Shown here one piece after another: positions 1 to 8,733 of a stretch of DNA of 22,700 nt. The translations under genes were made by a program, and so were the position numbers. The notes under the pieces were generated by a model. The model worked only from the letters and a program-made list of their open reading frames with translations, searched no databases and was not told where the DNA came from. How positions within the stretch are numbered: the first letter of the stretch is position 1; each line of letters opens with the position of its first letter. Origin of the DNA: Chthoniobacteraceae bacterium (GTDB taxonomy: Bacteria > Verrucomicrobiota > Verrucomicrobiia > Chthoniobacterales > Chthoniobacteraceae); assembly GCA_040081625.1 (NCBI GenBank), contig JBEBGD010000089.1:1-22700 (forward strand), written 5' to 3'.

Positions 1-1560
1 GCCGGCATCGTCGGCCTCGCCGTCATGTGCAGCCGCATCCTCGGGCTGCTGCGCGAGCTGATCTTCGCAGCGCTCTTCGGCGCCGGCAAAAGCATGGACG
101 CGTTCGTCGTTGCCTTTCGCACGCCGAATCTGCTGCGCGACATGTTCGCCGAGGGCGCCCTCTCGACCGCGTTCGTCACCACGTTTTCAAAGAAGATCGA
201 GACCGAGGGCGACGCGTCGGCGTGGAAACTCGCGAGCAAGTTCGCGACGCTCACCGCTGTCTTCATGAGCGGCGTGGCGCTACTCGGCGTGCTGCTCGCG
301 CCGGTGCTCGTGCGGATTTTCGCGCCAGGATTTTTCAACGTGCCGGGAAAGGCCGAGCTGACCATCGAGCTCGCGCGGATCATGTATCCGTTCATCCTGC
401 TCGTCTCGCTCGCGGCGCTGGCGATGGGGATGCTCAATTCGAAGAACCGCTTCGGCGTCCCGGCGATGGCGTCGTCGTTTTTCAACATCGGCTCGATCCT
501 CGGCGGCGTGGCGCTCGGCTGGTGGCTCGATCCGAGTTTCGGAGAGCGCGCGCTCGTCGGCCTCGCACTCGGCACTCTCATCGGCGGAGCGATGCAGCTC
601 GCGGTCCAACTCCCGTCGCTGCACCGCATCGGGTTTCGCTTTCGCCCGGACTTTGCGTGGCGCGACAAGGGCGTGCGAAACATTCTGCTGCTCATGGGGC
701 CGGCGATCCTCGCGGCGAGTTCGGTGCAAGTGAACGTGATGATCAACACGATGTTTGCCTCGACGCTCGAGGATGGCGCGGTCACGTGGCTCCAGTTCGC
801 GTTTCGGCTGATGCAGCTTCCGCTCGGTATTTTCGGCGTCGCCATCGCGACGGTCACGCTCCCGCTCGTCGCGCGCAGCGCCGCCGCCGGCAACACCGCG
901 GAGTTCAGCGCCATCCTCGCGCGCGGGCTGCGGCTCGCGTTTCTGCTCACGATCCCCTCGACGATCGGGCTGATCCTGCTCGCCGAGCCGATCATCTCGG
1001 TCATCTACGAGCGCGGAAAATTCACCGCGTTCGAGACCGCGCAGACGGCCGAGGCGCTTCGATTCTACGCGCTCGGGCTGGCGGCGTATGCGGGCACGAA
1101 GGTGCTCGGCCCCGCATTCTACGCGATCGACCGCCGCAAGACGCCGATGGTCGTGAGCTTCTGCGAGATCGCGGTGAATCTGCTGCTCAACTGGCTATTC
1201 ACATTCCGGCTGGGCATGGGTCACAAGGGACTCGCGCTCGCGACTGGTTGCGTCGCGCTCACCAATTTCGCCGCACTTTACGTCCTCATGCACCGCCAGA
1301 CGAAGCGGCTCGAGACGCGCGCTCTCGTCACTCTCCTTGCGAGACTCGCCGTGCCGTGTGCGCTGCTCGCGGGCATCTGCCTGGCCGCCCGTGCGTGGCC
1401 GCTCGCAGCGTGGGCGACGATGCCGTTCATCCCGAAGCTCGCGTGGCTCTTCGGCGCGATTGCCGCCGGGGTCGCCGCGTTTTTTGGCAGCGCGGCGCTC
1501 TTTCGCATCGAGGAAATCGACGACGTGCTCGGCATGGTGAAACGGAAACTCCGGCGCTAA
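1..1560 (+). CDS. murJ: Lipid II flippase MurJ/MviN (5' end probably outside window)
   Basis: Motifs SRILGLLRE, DAFVVAFRTPNLLRDMFAEGALSTAFV, RLMQLPLGIFGVAIAT, ERGKF; many TM helices. Frame is open from base 1 (AGIVGLAV-MCSR), so the true start probably lies upstream. Confidence 0.96.
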   Translation, partial: AGIVGLAVMCSRILGLLRELIFAALFGAGKSMDAFVVAFRTPNLLRDMFAEGALSTAFVTTFSKKIETEGDASAWKLASKFATLTAVFMSGVALLGVLLAPVLVRIFAPGFFNVPGKAELTIELARIMYPFILLVSLAALAMGMLNSKNRFGVPAMASSFFNIGSILGGVALGWWLDPSFGERALVGLALGTLIGGAMQLAVQLPSLHRIGFRFRPDFAWRDKGVRNILLLMGPAILAASSVQVNVMINTMFASTLEDGAVTWLQFAFRLMQLPLGIFGVAIATVTLPLVARSAAAGNTAEFSAILARGLRLAFLLTIPSTIGLILLAEPIISVIYERGKFTAFETAQTAEALRFYALGLAAYAGTKVLGPAFYAIDRRKTPMVVSFCEIAVNLLLNWLFTFRLGMGHKGLALATGCVALTNFAALYVLMHRQTKRLETRALVTLLARLAVPCALLAGICLAARAWPLAAWATMPFIPKLAWLFGAIAAGVAAFFGSAALFRIEEIDDVLGMVKRKLRR

Positions 1561-1573
1561 CGTCTCCACCATC

Positions 1574-2146
1574 ATGCGCCCTCTCTGGATCAAGTCCGCC
1601 GCCGTTCTCCTCGCCGTCTGGCTCATCGCCGGTGGAGCGATGTGGTGGGCGAAAGCGCAGAAGCCGACGCCGGAAGCGCTCGCCGCTTACGTCGAGGCGC
1701 TCGCGATTGAAAACAAGACGCCCGCGCAGCGGACGAAGGAGATGGAGAAGATCGCGAAGCAGCTCAACGGGCTGACCTACCAGCAGAGGCGCGAGGTGCG
1801 GATGAACCGCAAGCTCGACAAGTTTTTCCGCCAGTTGAATCCCGAGGAGCAGAACCGCTTTCTCGATCTCACGGTGCCCGAGGGCTTCAAGCAGATGATG
1901 GAGGCGCTCAACAAAATGGAGCCGCCCAAGCGCAAACAATTCGTGAGCCGCGCGCTCAAGGACATGCAGGACCAGGAAGGCGAGGCGCCCGAAGGTTCGC
2001 GCGACCGCTTCGAGCGCGACACGAACGCGCAGAAGATCGTCGAGCAGGGGCTGAAGAGTTTTTACAGCGAAGCGAGCGCGGAGACGAAGATGGACCTCGC
2101 GCCGCTGATCGAGCAGTTCCAGCGGAACCTCCAGGGACTGCGGTGA
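1574..2146 (+). CDS. Hypothetical membrane-anchored helical protein (190 aa)
   Basis: N-terminal hydrophobic segment AAVLLAVWLIAGGAMWW, then charged helical domain; normal codon usage; 13 bp after murJ stop. Confidence 0.85.
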   Translation: MRPLWIKSAAVLLAVWLIAGGAMWWAKAQKPTPEALAAYVEALAIENKTPAQRTKEMEKIAKQLNGLTYQQRREVRMNRKLDKFFRQLNPEEQNRFLDLTVPEGFKQMMEALNKMEPPKRKQFVSRALKDMQDQEGEAPEGSRDRFERDTNAQKIVEQGLKSFYSEASAETKMDLAPLIEQFQRNLQGLR

Positions 2147-2207
2147 TGTCGCCGCGGCGCTCTGCGCCGTGCTCGATGGCGGCACGGCTCGGAGAGCCGT
2201 GGCTACA
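2147..2207. repeat. Inverted pair of 26-nt palindromic REP-like units
   Basis: 2147-2172 (+) TGTCGCCGCGGCGCTCTGCGCCGTGC and 2182-2207 (-) TGTAGCCACGGCTCTCCGAGCCGTGC; 21/26 identical; each has an 8-bp stem and 3-nt loop. Confidence 0.7.
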
Positions 2208-3063
2208 GCAGCTTCATCTGGCGCGGATCACTGCCGGCGAGTTCGTCGGCGTCCGGCAGCTTGATGGGCTGGCCGAGCAGCGCGGCGATGCGCGCGGCGG
2301 TGTGCGGCGCGAAACCCTCGTAGTGGTTGTTTGCCTGGATCAGCACGCGGCCGACCTGCGGCAGCAGCGCGCGGACTTTCTCCGCCCAGTTCTCCAGCGC
2401 CGCGTCGCGCGGCCAGTCGAGGCTGCGATAGCGGTGCTCGCGACCGGGTTCATACTTCGCGTCGAGGTCGCCCATGAGCCGCAGGTAGAGAAAGTCGGTC
2501 GTGTGCGGCCAGAAGCCGAAGGCCGCTTCGCTCGCGTGCTCGAGTGTCGAGAGATCGTTCCAGACCCAGCACACGCCGTGTTCGGCGAGCAGGTGCGTGA
2601 TGCGCGGGTGATGCCAGTCGGGATCGCGGAACTCGATCGCGAAGCGGAAGCCGGCGGGCAGTTGGCGGACGAAATCGCGGAGCGTGTGTTCGTCGCGCCG
2701 CGGTGAGAAGTGCGGCGGGAGCTGCACGAGCACGCACGCGAGCTTCGAGTGGAGGTGGTTCACGCCCGCGAGGAACTCGTCGAGCTGCGCGGCGCAGTCG
2801 CGCAAGCCGTGGTCGTGCGTGATCTCGCGCGAGAGCTTCGCGGCGAAGACGAAATCGTGCGGCGTAATCTCGGCCCAGTGCTGCGCCACGTGCGCGGCCG
2901 GCGGGTGGTAGAACGTCGAATCAATCTCCACCGTCGAGAAGTGCCGCGCATGGAAAGCGAGCCGCTCGGCGGGCGGCAGATGCTCCGGATAAAAGACGCC
3001 GCGCCACTCGTCGAAACTCCACGCGCACGTGCCGATGTGGATTCGCGCCGGCGCGTCGCTCAC
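2203..3063 (-). CDS. DUF72 (YecE-like) protein
   Basis: IGTCAWS...W.GVFYP, FSTVEIDSTFY, F.FAAKLSREITH, LVQLPP.F, FAIEFR..DW, YLRLMG, NNHYEG.AP. Start re-assigned to GTG 3063, which overlaps the upstream TGA (GTGA). Confidence 0.92.
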   Translation of the reverse strand: MSDAPARIHIGTCAWSFDEWRGVFYPEHLPPAERLAFHARHFSTVEIDSTFYHPPAAHVAQHWAEITPHDFVFAAKLSREITHDHGLRDCAAQLDEFLAGVNHLHSKLACVLVQLPPHFSPRRDEHTLRDFVRQLPAGFRFAIEFRDPDWHHPRITHLLAEHGVCWVWNDLSTLEHASEAAFGFWPHTTDFLYLRLMGDLDAKYEPGREHRYRSLDWPRDAALENWAEKVRALLPQVGRVLIQANNHYEGFAPHTAARIAALLGQPIKLPDADELAGSDPRQMKLL

Positions 3064-3770
3064 AGCGGCTTCGGCGGCGGTGCGGCGTCCGTGCGCGGCT
3101 TCACGACCCGAAAGCTCGCGGCCACTTCCTCGAAGATCGGGAAGGCCTTCGCTTTCTTCGACGGCAGCGTCCATTGCACGATCTGGTGAAAGCCATCCGG
3201 CGTCTCGATGCTCGTGTGCAGATAGGAGATGCGCACTTTGCCCGTGGTGCCCTCGAAAAGTGTCCGGATCGCCCGCAGCCCGTCGATCGTCAGTGGATGC
3301 GCTTCGGCAGCCGAAGAGTTCTGAAGCTGGCCACGCATGCGGTCGGTCGTGAGTGTCGCGAACTCGTCGAGTGTGCCGGTGAAATCCGTGCGCGGATCCG
3401 AGAAGACCATCAGGTATTCCTCGGCAAAGACGTTCCCCGCCTTGAGCATGGACTCGCGATTCAAATCCGGGAGCGATTTCCACGCGCCGGGAATCTGGAG
3501 GCTCACCCATCCGTCTTCGGAGACGATCGGCTTTCGCGCGGTCTTCGCCTGCGCGGCGGCGCGGATCTCGCGGAAAGCGAATGCGCCGCCAACCGCGAGG
3601 CCGGCGAAGGCGACGACCGAGACGATCGACGCGGCGATGATCCAGCCCTTGGTGCGCTTGACGAAGGCGGCGATCACCGCGGCGATGGCCGCGAACGTCA
3701 GCCCGATGCAGAGCAGGCTTCCGATTACCGAGCCGACCATGCGGCCCATTTCATATGCGTTGCTGTTCAT
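3060..3770 (-). CDS. Hypothetical membrane protein: two N-terminal TM helices plus possible PsbP/Mog1-like soluble domain
   Basis: Two hydrophobic segments (~aa 11-36, 43-65); SLQIPGAWK, LTIDGLRA and terminal ASFRV resemble PsbP/DcrB-type folds (inference). Confidence 0.8.
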   Translation of the reverse strand: MNSNAYEMGRMVGSVIGSLLCIGLTFAAIAAVIAAFVKRTKGWIIAASIVSVVAFAGLAVGGAFAFREIRAAAQAKTARKPIVSEDGWVSLQIPGAWKSLPDLNRESMLKAGNVFAEEYLMVFSDPRTDFTGTLDEFATLTTDRMRGQLQNSSAAEAHPLTIDGLRAIRTLFEGTTGKVRISYLHTSIETPDGFHQIVQWTLPSKKAKAFPIFEEVAASFRVVKPRTDAAPPPKPL

Positions 3771-3773
3771 GAG

Positions 3774-4556
3774 TTATTTCGCGGGGCGGTCGCCCTCGCC
3801 GAGCTTGCGTTTGAAAAGCTCGATCACGAGCGCGTAGCAATGCTGCGCGAGCGCGGGATTGTAGCGCGGACCTTCGTCGCGGAGGAAGGCGTGGACGGCG
3901 TTGAACTCGAGCCACTGGTAATTCGTGCCGCTCGTTTCGAGCGCTTCACGGACCTGGTTGCGCCCCTCGAACGGCACGTGCGGATCCTGGCGGCCGTAGA
4001 TCATTAGCAACTCGCCCTTGATGTCGCCGCGCCGGGCGCGCTCGAGCGAATCGTCGCTTGCCCCGCTGCCGAGCACGCGCGGATGCGCGTCGAGCTTGTG
4101 GATGTCGGTCGGATAGAAGCTCACGCCGGCGAGGATTTCCGGCTCGAAGCAGCAGCGGAAACTCAAGTGTCCGCCGATGCAGATGCCCATGCTGCCGAGC
4201 TTGCCGGTGCATTGCGGATGCGAGAGGAGGAAGTCGATCACGGCGCGCGCGTCGGCGTCGTAGTGTGCGATCGGCTTGTTGACCTTGCACCAGTTGCCGC
4301 GATCCGCGCCGGCGCCATCGTAGGCGAGCGCGGTGCCGGCGGGCTCGAACTCGTGGAAGATCTCCGGCACGGCGACGACGAAGCCGTGGCCCGCGAGCAG
4401 CGCGGCGGTGCGGCGGATCGGGCCGGTGACCTGGAAGATTTCCGAGAAGAGCACGATGCCCGGATAGCGGCCTTCGGCGGCGGGACGGGAGATGAAGGTG
4501 CGCACCGGACCGCTCGGCGTGGGGAGATCGGCGTGCTCGTGGTCGATGAGGGTCAT
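3774..4556 (-). CDS. Dienelactone hydrolase family protein
   Basis: SEIFQV, nucleophile elbow GICIGG, QDPHVP, AVHAFLRDEG (Cys-Asp-His triad). Start ATG 4556 overlaps the upstream stop (ATGA). Confidence 0.93.
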   Translation of the reverse strand: MTLIDHEHADLPTPSGPVRTFISRPAAEGRYPGIVLFSEIFQVTGPIRRTAALLAGHGFVVAVPEIFHEFEPAGTALAYDGAGADRGNWCKVNKPIAHYDADARAVIDFLLSHPQCTGKLGSMGICIGGHLSFRCCFEPEILAGVSFYPTDIHKLDAHPRVLGSGASDDSLERARRGDIKGELLMIYGRQDPHVPFEGRNQVREALETSGTNYQWLEFNAVHAFLRDEGPRYNPALAQHCYALVIELFKRKLGEGDRPAK

Positions 4557-5980
4557 GGCGGTGTAGTCTTGAGCGAAATCGGCGGGCAGTAGAGCGCCTT
4601 TTGCTCGCGCTTCCACCACGCGACGGTGTCGTCGCTCCAGTGCGTGAATCGATAATCGTAGAGCACTGCGCGCACGTAGCGCGGTGGCTCGCCGGGGAAG
4701 GGATTTTTCTCCAACAGCGCGAGAACGTCGGGCGAGCCTTGCAGCAGTCGGGTGAGGAAATTGACGAACCAGGGCGTCTGCCGCACGTCGGCGAGCGCGG
4801 CGAACCACATCTGCCAGTCGAGCCGCGGCTGATGCGGCGCGACGAAGGGCGGTCGGCGATACACGTCGCCGGCCTTGTAGCGGAATTCGTAGGCGTCCCA
4901 ATTCACGCCGTCGCGGCTGCCCTCGACGATGATCTCCGGGCGCTCGGTCGTCATCACGCGGAAGAGACCGTAGCCATTGAAGCTGCGCAGCGGCATGAGC
5001 GCGCGCGCGATCAGGTCGGCGGCGTCGCTGCGGAATGCGTTGAGTAATCCAGGGAGCGTCGCGACGAAGACGAACAACCCGACGCAACCCGCGGTGACCC
5101 ATTTCCACTGCGGCGCGGAATGCGCAGCGTGCTCGCGCCGCCAGCGGGCGGGGAAGAAGCTGTCGGCGAACAGCGGCAGGCAGAGGGCGATCGTGAGCCA
5201 GTTGAAGTAGGCGAAGTTCCCGGTCGCGATGATGCCGAGTTGGAGCGCGATGAGTGCGAGCGCCGCGCCGTGGCGGATGCGATGCGGAAAGGCGATGAGA
5301 AACGGGATGACCAGCTCGACCGCAAACATGAGCGCGCACGATGCGCGAGAGAGCCACGCGGGCATCTGGTGCGCATACCACGCAAACGGATTCGGGATGC
5401 ACTGCGTCTCGAAGTGGACGGCGAGGGCGCGCAGTTCGAGCCACGTCTTGTCGCCCCACGTGAGCTTCACGACGCCGCTCTCGAAGTTCAGCCGGAACAC
5501 CAGCCACCACAGCAGCCAGCGCCCGACGCGCTGCAGCGGCGGCTCATGCGACCAGTCGGACCGCAGCCGCCACGGGAGCGCAATCGCGGCGAGCAGCGCG
5601 GACTCGAGGATCAGCGTATCCCACTGGAAGCTGAGGAAGACGCTGCCGACCGAGCAGAGTGAGAGGTAGAGCGCCCAGCACACGAGCGCGGCCGGCCCGG
5701 GCGCGAAGCCGCTCGCGAGCACGAGGCTCGCGACGACGCCGAGCCAGCACACGGCGAGCAGCGCGGTGTCGCTCGGGTTCAGCCAGAAGATCGTCGGCAC
5801 CTGCCATCCGGCGACGCCGATTGACTGCTGCACGGCTTTCAGAAAATCCGCTGCCGGCTCGATGCCCTGCGCGCCGATCAAGCCGCGCGCCTGCACCGCG
5901 AAGGAGATGAACACGATCGCGAAGATGGCGCCGAAGGCGTGCGCGAACGCGCGCCGGCTGATCGCGAAACTCTCGTTCAC
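4553..5980 (-). CDS. Lipase maturation factor (LMF1/LMF2) family membrane protein
   Basis: FLSFQWDTLILE, FRLNFESGVVKL, HFETQCIPNP, TGNFAYFNWLT, GYGLFRVMTTERPEIIVEGS, APHQPRLDWQMWFAAL. Start GTG 5980 overlaps the EVE stop (GTGA). Confidence 0.94.
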   Translation of the reverse strand: MNESFAISRRAFAHAFGAIFAIVFISFAVQARGLIGAQGIEPAADFLKAVQQSIGVAGWQVPTIFWLNPSDTALLAVCWLGVVASLVLASGFAPGPAALVCWALYLSLCSVGSVFLSFQWDTLILESALLAAIALPWRLRSDWSHEPPLQRVGRWLLWWLVFRLNFESGVVKLTWGDKTWLELRALAVHFETQCIPNPFAWYAHQMPAWLSRASCALMFAVELVIPFLIAFPHRIRHGAALALIALQLGIIATGNFAYFNWLTIALCLPLFADSFFPARWRREHAAHSAPQWKWVTAGCVGLFVFVATLPGLLNAFRSDAADLIARALMPLRSFNGYGLFRVMTTERPEIIVEGSRDGVNWDAYEFRYKAGDVYRRPPFVAPHQPRLDWQMWFAALADVRQTPWFVNFLTRLLQGSPDVLALLEKNPFPGEPPRYVRAVLYDYRFTHWSDDTVAWWKREQKALYCPPISLKTTPP

Positions 5981-6387
5981 GCGCCGAGCTTCACGATGCA
6001 CGCAAACTCGGCGGCAGTGAGCGGGATCACCGAAAGACGCGACTGGCGCAGCAACGCGATGTCCTTGAGCGCGGGAGTGGCCTTGATGCTCGCGAGCGAC
6101 ACGGGCGACTTGAGCGGCTTCACCGGCGCGAAATCGACGCAGACCCAGCCGGGCTCGTCCGCGGTGGAATCGGGATACGCCTCGCGCGCGACCTTCGCGA
6201 TGCCGACGACCTCCTTGCCGACGACGCTGTGGTAGAAAAGAACCTCGTCGCCGCGGCGCATCGCGTTGAGATGGATGCGCGCGGGATAGCTCCGCACGCC
6301 GGTCCATGCGGTGCCGCCATCCTTCGCGAATTTCTCCCACGAGTAGGACGTGGGCTCCGATTTCACCAACCAGAATTGCTTCGGCAT
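5977..6387 (-). CDS. EVE domain protein
   Basis: WLVKSEP.SYSW, WTGVRSYPAR, M..GDEVLFYHS, AYPDST, RQSRLSV.P; ATG at 6387. Confidence 0.94.
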   Translation of the reverse strand: MPKQFWLVKSEPTSYSWEKFAKDGGTAWTGVRSYPARIHLNAMRRGDEVLFYHSVVGKEVVGIAKVAREAYPDSTADEPGWVCVDFAPVKPLKSPVSLASIKATPALKDIALLRQSRLSVIPLTAAEFACIVKLGA

Positions 6388-6392
6388 AAGGC

Positions 6393-8729
6393 TCAGCCGC
6401 GCTCGCGGCGGCGCAGGGCAAACCAAGCGAGCCAATACGTGGCGAGTGCCCATGCCGCGTGGACAGCGAGAGCCTCGCGCGCGGGGCGCAGGTCCATCCA
6501 GCGCTCGTCTTCCATCCTGGGCTCCTCGACCATTCGCGAAAGGTTCGTCTGCGACTGGCGGTGCAGGCGCTCGCGCACTTCCTCCCACGGGCGGTTGTAG
6601 ATGAAGCTCGTGTCCATGAGCTCCTGCGCGGCGAAGCCCGGCGTGCTGCGGCTCGCGGCCTTGACCGTGTCGGTCATTTCGCCGGGGCGCACGACGAAGC
6701 CCGCGAAGATGATCATCGGGATGAGAATGAGCGGCACGCTCATCACGGCGTGCATGACGGAGCGCGAGATTGCGGAGATCGCGCAGCCGATGCCGACGGC
6801 GGCGATCGCGGTGGTGCAGAGGCCGCCGAGTTGGAGAAGCGCCGCGCCATCGCGTCCGCCCTCGAACCAAATCATCAGCGCATAGAGCAGCGTCGATTGC
6901 ACGCACGTGAGGGCGCTGAGGAAGATGAATTTGCTGAGCAAATACGCGTGCCCGCCGACGCCGATGAGCCGCTCGCGCCGGTAGATGGGGATTTCCTCGA
7001 CGATCACGCGCGCGGCGTTGCTCGTGCCGAACCACAGCGTCGAGAGATACGCGAAAAACATCACGAGATCGCGCGGCTGCTCCATCTTGTCGGTGACGAC
7101 CCAGCACACGAGCGCGGCGATGATGGGCGGCTGGCCGAGGAGGATGAGGAAGTTTCGCCAGTCGCTGCGCAGGATGGTCCACTGCCGCGCGAGCAGGATC
7201 GGCAGCGCGAAGGCGCGGCGGACTTTTTGCGGTGGACGCGGCACGCCGGAGCCGGAGAGCAGGTCGCCGGGGCGCGCGGCGGCGATGGGCGCGAAGGCTT
7301 CCTGCCACTGCTTCGGCGGGCGTTCGTCGAGCCGGTCGTAGAGGTCGGTGAGTTTCTTGACGCCGAAGTAATCCTTCACCTCGGCGGGCGAGCCTTGATA
7401 CGCGAGCACGCCGCTGACGAGGATGACGAGCTGGTCGATGAGGAAGGCGTTCTCCATCACGTGCGTGGTGCAGACGATCGTGCAGCCGGTGTCGGCGAGA
7501 TCGCGCAGCAGCGTCATGAGTTGGAACTCGGTCGCCGGATCGAGGCCGGAGCTGGGTTCGTCGAGGAAGAGGATGGAAGGCCGCGCGAGCAACTCGACGG
7601 CGACGCTCACGCGTTTGCGCTGGCCGCCTGAGAGACGCCAGATGGGCAGCTCGGCGCGCGGCGTGAGGATGAGTTGGTCGAGCGTTTGCGCGATGAGGCG
7701 GTCGAGTTCGTGCCGCGGCGTCTCGCGCGAGAGGCGTAGGCGCGCGCTGAATCGCAGCGCCTGACGCACGGTCAGCTCGCCATGCACGATGTCGTCCTGC
7801 GGAACGTAGCCGAATGAGGGCGGCTGGTCGTGCGCGTAGATGTCTTCGCCGTCGATGAGCACGACGCCGCGCTCGGGTTTGCGCAAGCCGGCGAGCGTGT
7901 GCAGGAGCGAGGACTTGCCCGCACCGCTCGGGCCGATGAGGCCGAAGAAGCGCGACGGCGGGATGGTGATGGAGATCTCGTCGAGGATGACGTTGTCGCG
8001 GCGCGGCTTGCCGAGCACGGTCGCGAGCAGCGAGCGCTCGCTGACCTGCATGGTGACGTTCTGCGCGCGGATGCTGCCGCCGGAGGTGTTCGTGACGCTG
8101 ACGAGCGCGAGGCCGTCGAATTGAAAACAGAACGGCCCGATCTCGAGCCGGTCGCCGACGGTGAACTCGTGCTCGTCGAAGCGGCGCCCATTCACGAAGG
8201 AGCCGCCCTGGCTGTTTTCGTCGCGCACGAGGCAGCCGCCGCCGGGTTGCGGCTGCAGAGTCGCGTGTTTTCGCGAGACGGACTTTTCGTTGAGCATCAC
8301 ATCGCACGAGGAATCGCGGCCGATCACGAGCGGCCCGTGCCGCAGCTCGATGCGATCGGTCGGCATGCCGCGCACGAGGATCAAGCTAGGCGCGTTCGCA
8401 GGGAGCGGCGGTGGCGCGGGCTCGGCGACGGGTGGGCCGTCGAGCTCGATGCGGAGATAGACCGGGCCGACGCCGAGTTCCTCGCCGGGCTTGAGCACGA
8501 CGGGTGTGGCGATGGCGAGGCCGTTGATGGTCGTGCCGCGTGTGGAGCTGATGTTTTCGACCGTGCAGGTCTGGCCATCCCAGGCGACGCGGCAGTGCTG
8601 GCGGGAAATCTCCGGGTGCCGCAACTCGATGGCGCTGCCGGGTGCGCGCCCGATGATTCCCTGCCCGACTTGCAGGGGAAAGCTCGCCGCATCCAGCCCG
8701 CGGATGATGACGAGGCGCGGCGCGCTCAA
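6393..8729 (-). CDS. Tandem-FHA ABC exporter (FHA-FHA-NBD-ABC2-type TMD; Rv1747-like architecture)
   Basis: FHA1 IGR..ISRQH, FHA2 IGR..VSRKH; Walker A GPSGAGKS, Q-loop YVPQDD, signature LSGGQ, Walker B LFLDEP, H-loop TTH; C-terminal TM helices with IYRRER. TTG start is uncertain. Confidence 0.93.
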   Translation of the reverse strand: MSAPRLVIIRGLDAASFPLQVGQGIIGRAPGSAIELRHPEISRQHCRVAWDGQTCTVENISSTRGTTINGLAIATPVVLKPGEELGVGPVYLRIELDGPPVAEPAPPPLPANAPSLILVRGMPTDRIELRHGPLVIGRDSSCDVMLNEKSVSRKHATLQPQPGGGCLVRDENSQGGSFVNGRRFDEHEFTVGDRLEIGPFCFQFDGLALVSVTNTSGGSIRAQNVTMQVSERSLLATVLGKPRRDNVILDEISITIPPSRFFGLIGPSGAGKSSLLHTLAGLRKPERGVVLIDGEDIYAHDQPPSFGYVPQDDIVHGELTVRQALRFSARLRLSRETPRHELDRLIAQTLDQLILTPRAELPIWRLSGGQRKRVSVAVELLARPSILFLDEPSSGLDPATEFQLMTLLRDLADTGCTIVCTTHVMENAFLIDQLVILVSGVLAYQGSPAEVKDYFGVKKLTDLYDRLDERPPKQWQEAFAPIAAARPGDLLSGSGVPRPPQKVRRAFALPILLARQWTILRSDWRNFLILLGQPPIIAALVCWVVTDKMEQPRDLVMFFAYLSTLWFGTSNAARVIVEEIPIYRRERLIGVGGHAYLLSKFIFLSALTCVQSTLLYALMIWFEGGRDGAALLQLGGLCTTAIAAVGIGCAISAISRSVMHAVMSVPLILIPMIIFAGFVVRPGEMTDTVKAASRSTPGFAAQELMDTSFIYNRPWEEVRERLHRQSQTNLSRMVEEPRMEDERWMDLRPAREALAVHAAWALATYWLAWFALRRRERG

Positions 8730-8733
8730 CCGA

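Noticed and set aside
27..1775. 582-aa alternative-frame ORF over murJ, and the many similar Arg/Ala/Pro-rich ORFs in the track
   Set aside because: Typical off-frame products of high-GC coding DNA.
2203..8307. Long N-terminal extensions in the ORF track (2203..3510, 3774..5510, 4553..6421, 5977..8307) suggesting fusions or programmed frameshifts
   Set aside because: Extensions are off-frame readings of the upstream genes; each real domain has its own start at or next to the upstream stop, and no gene appears broken.
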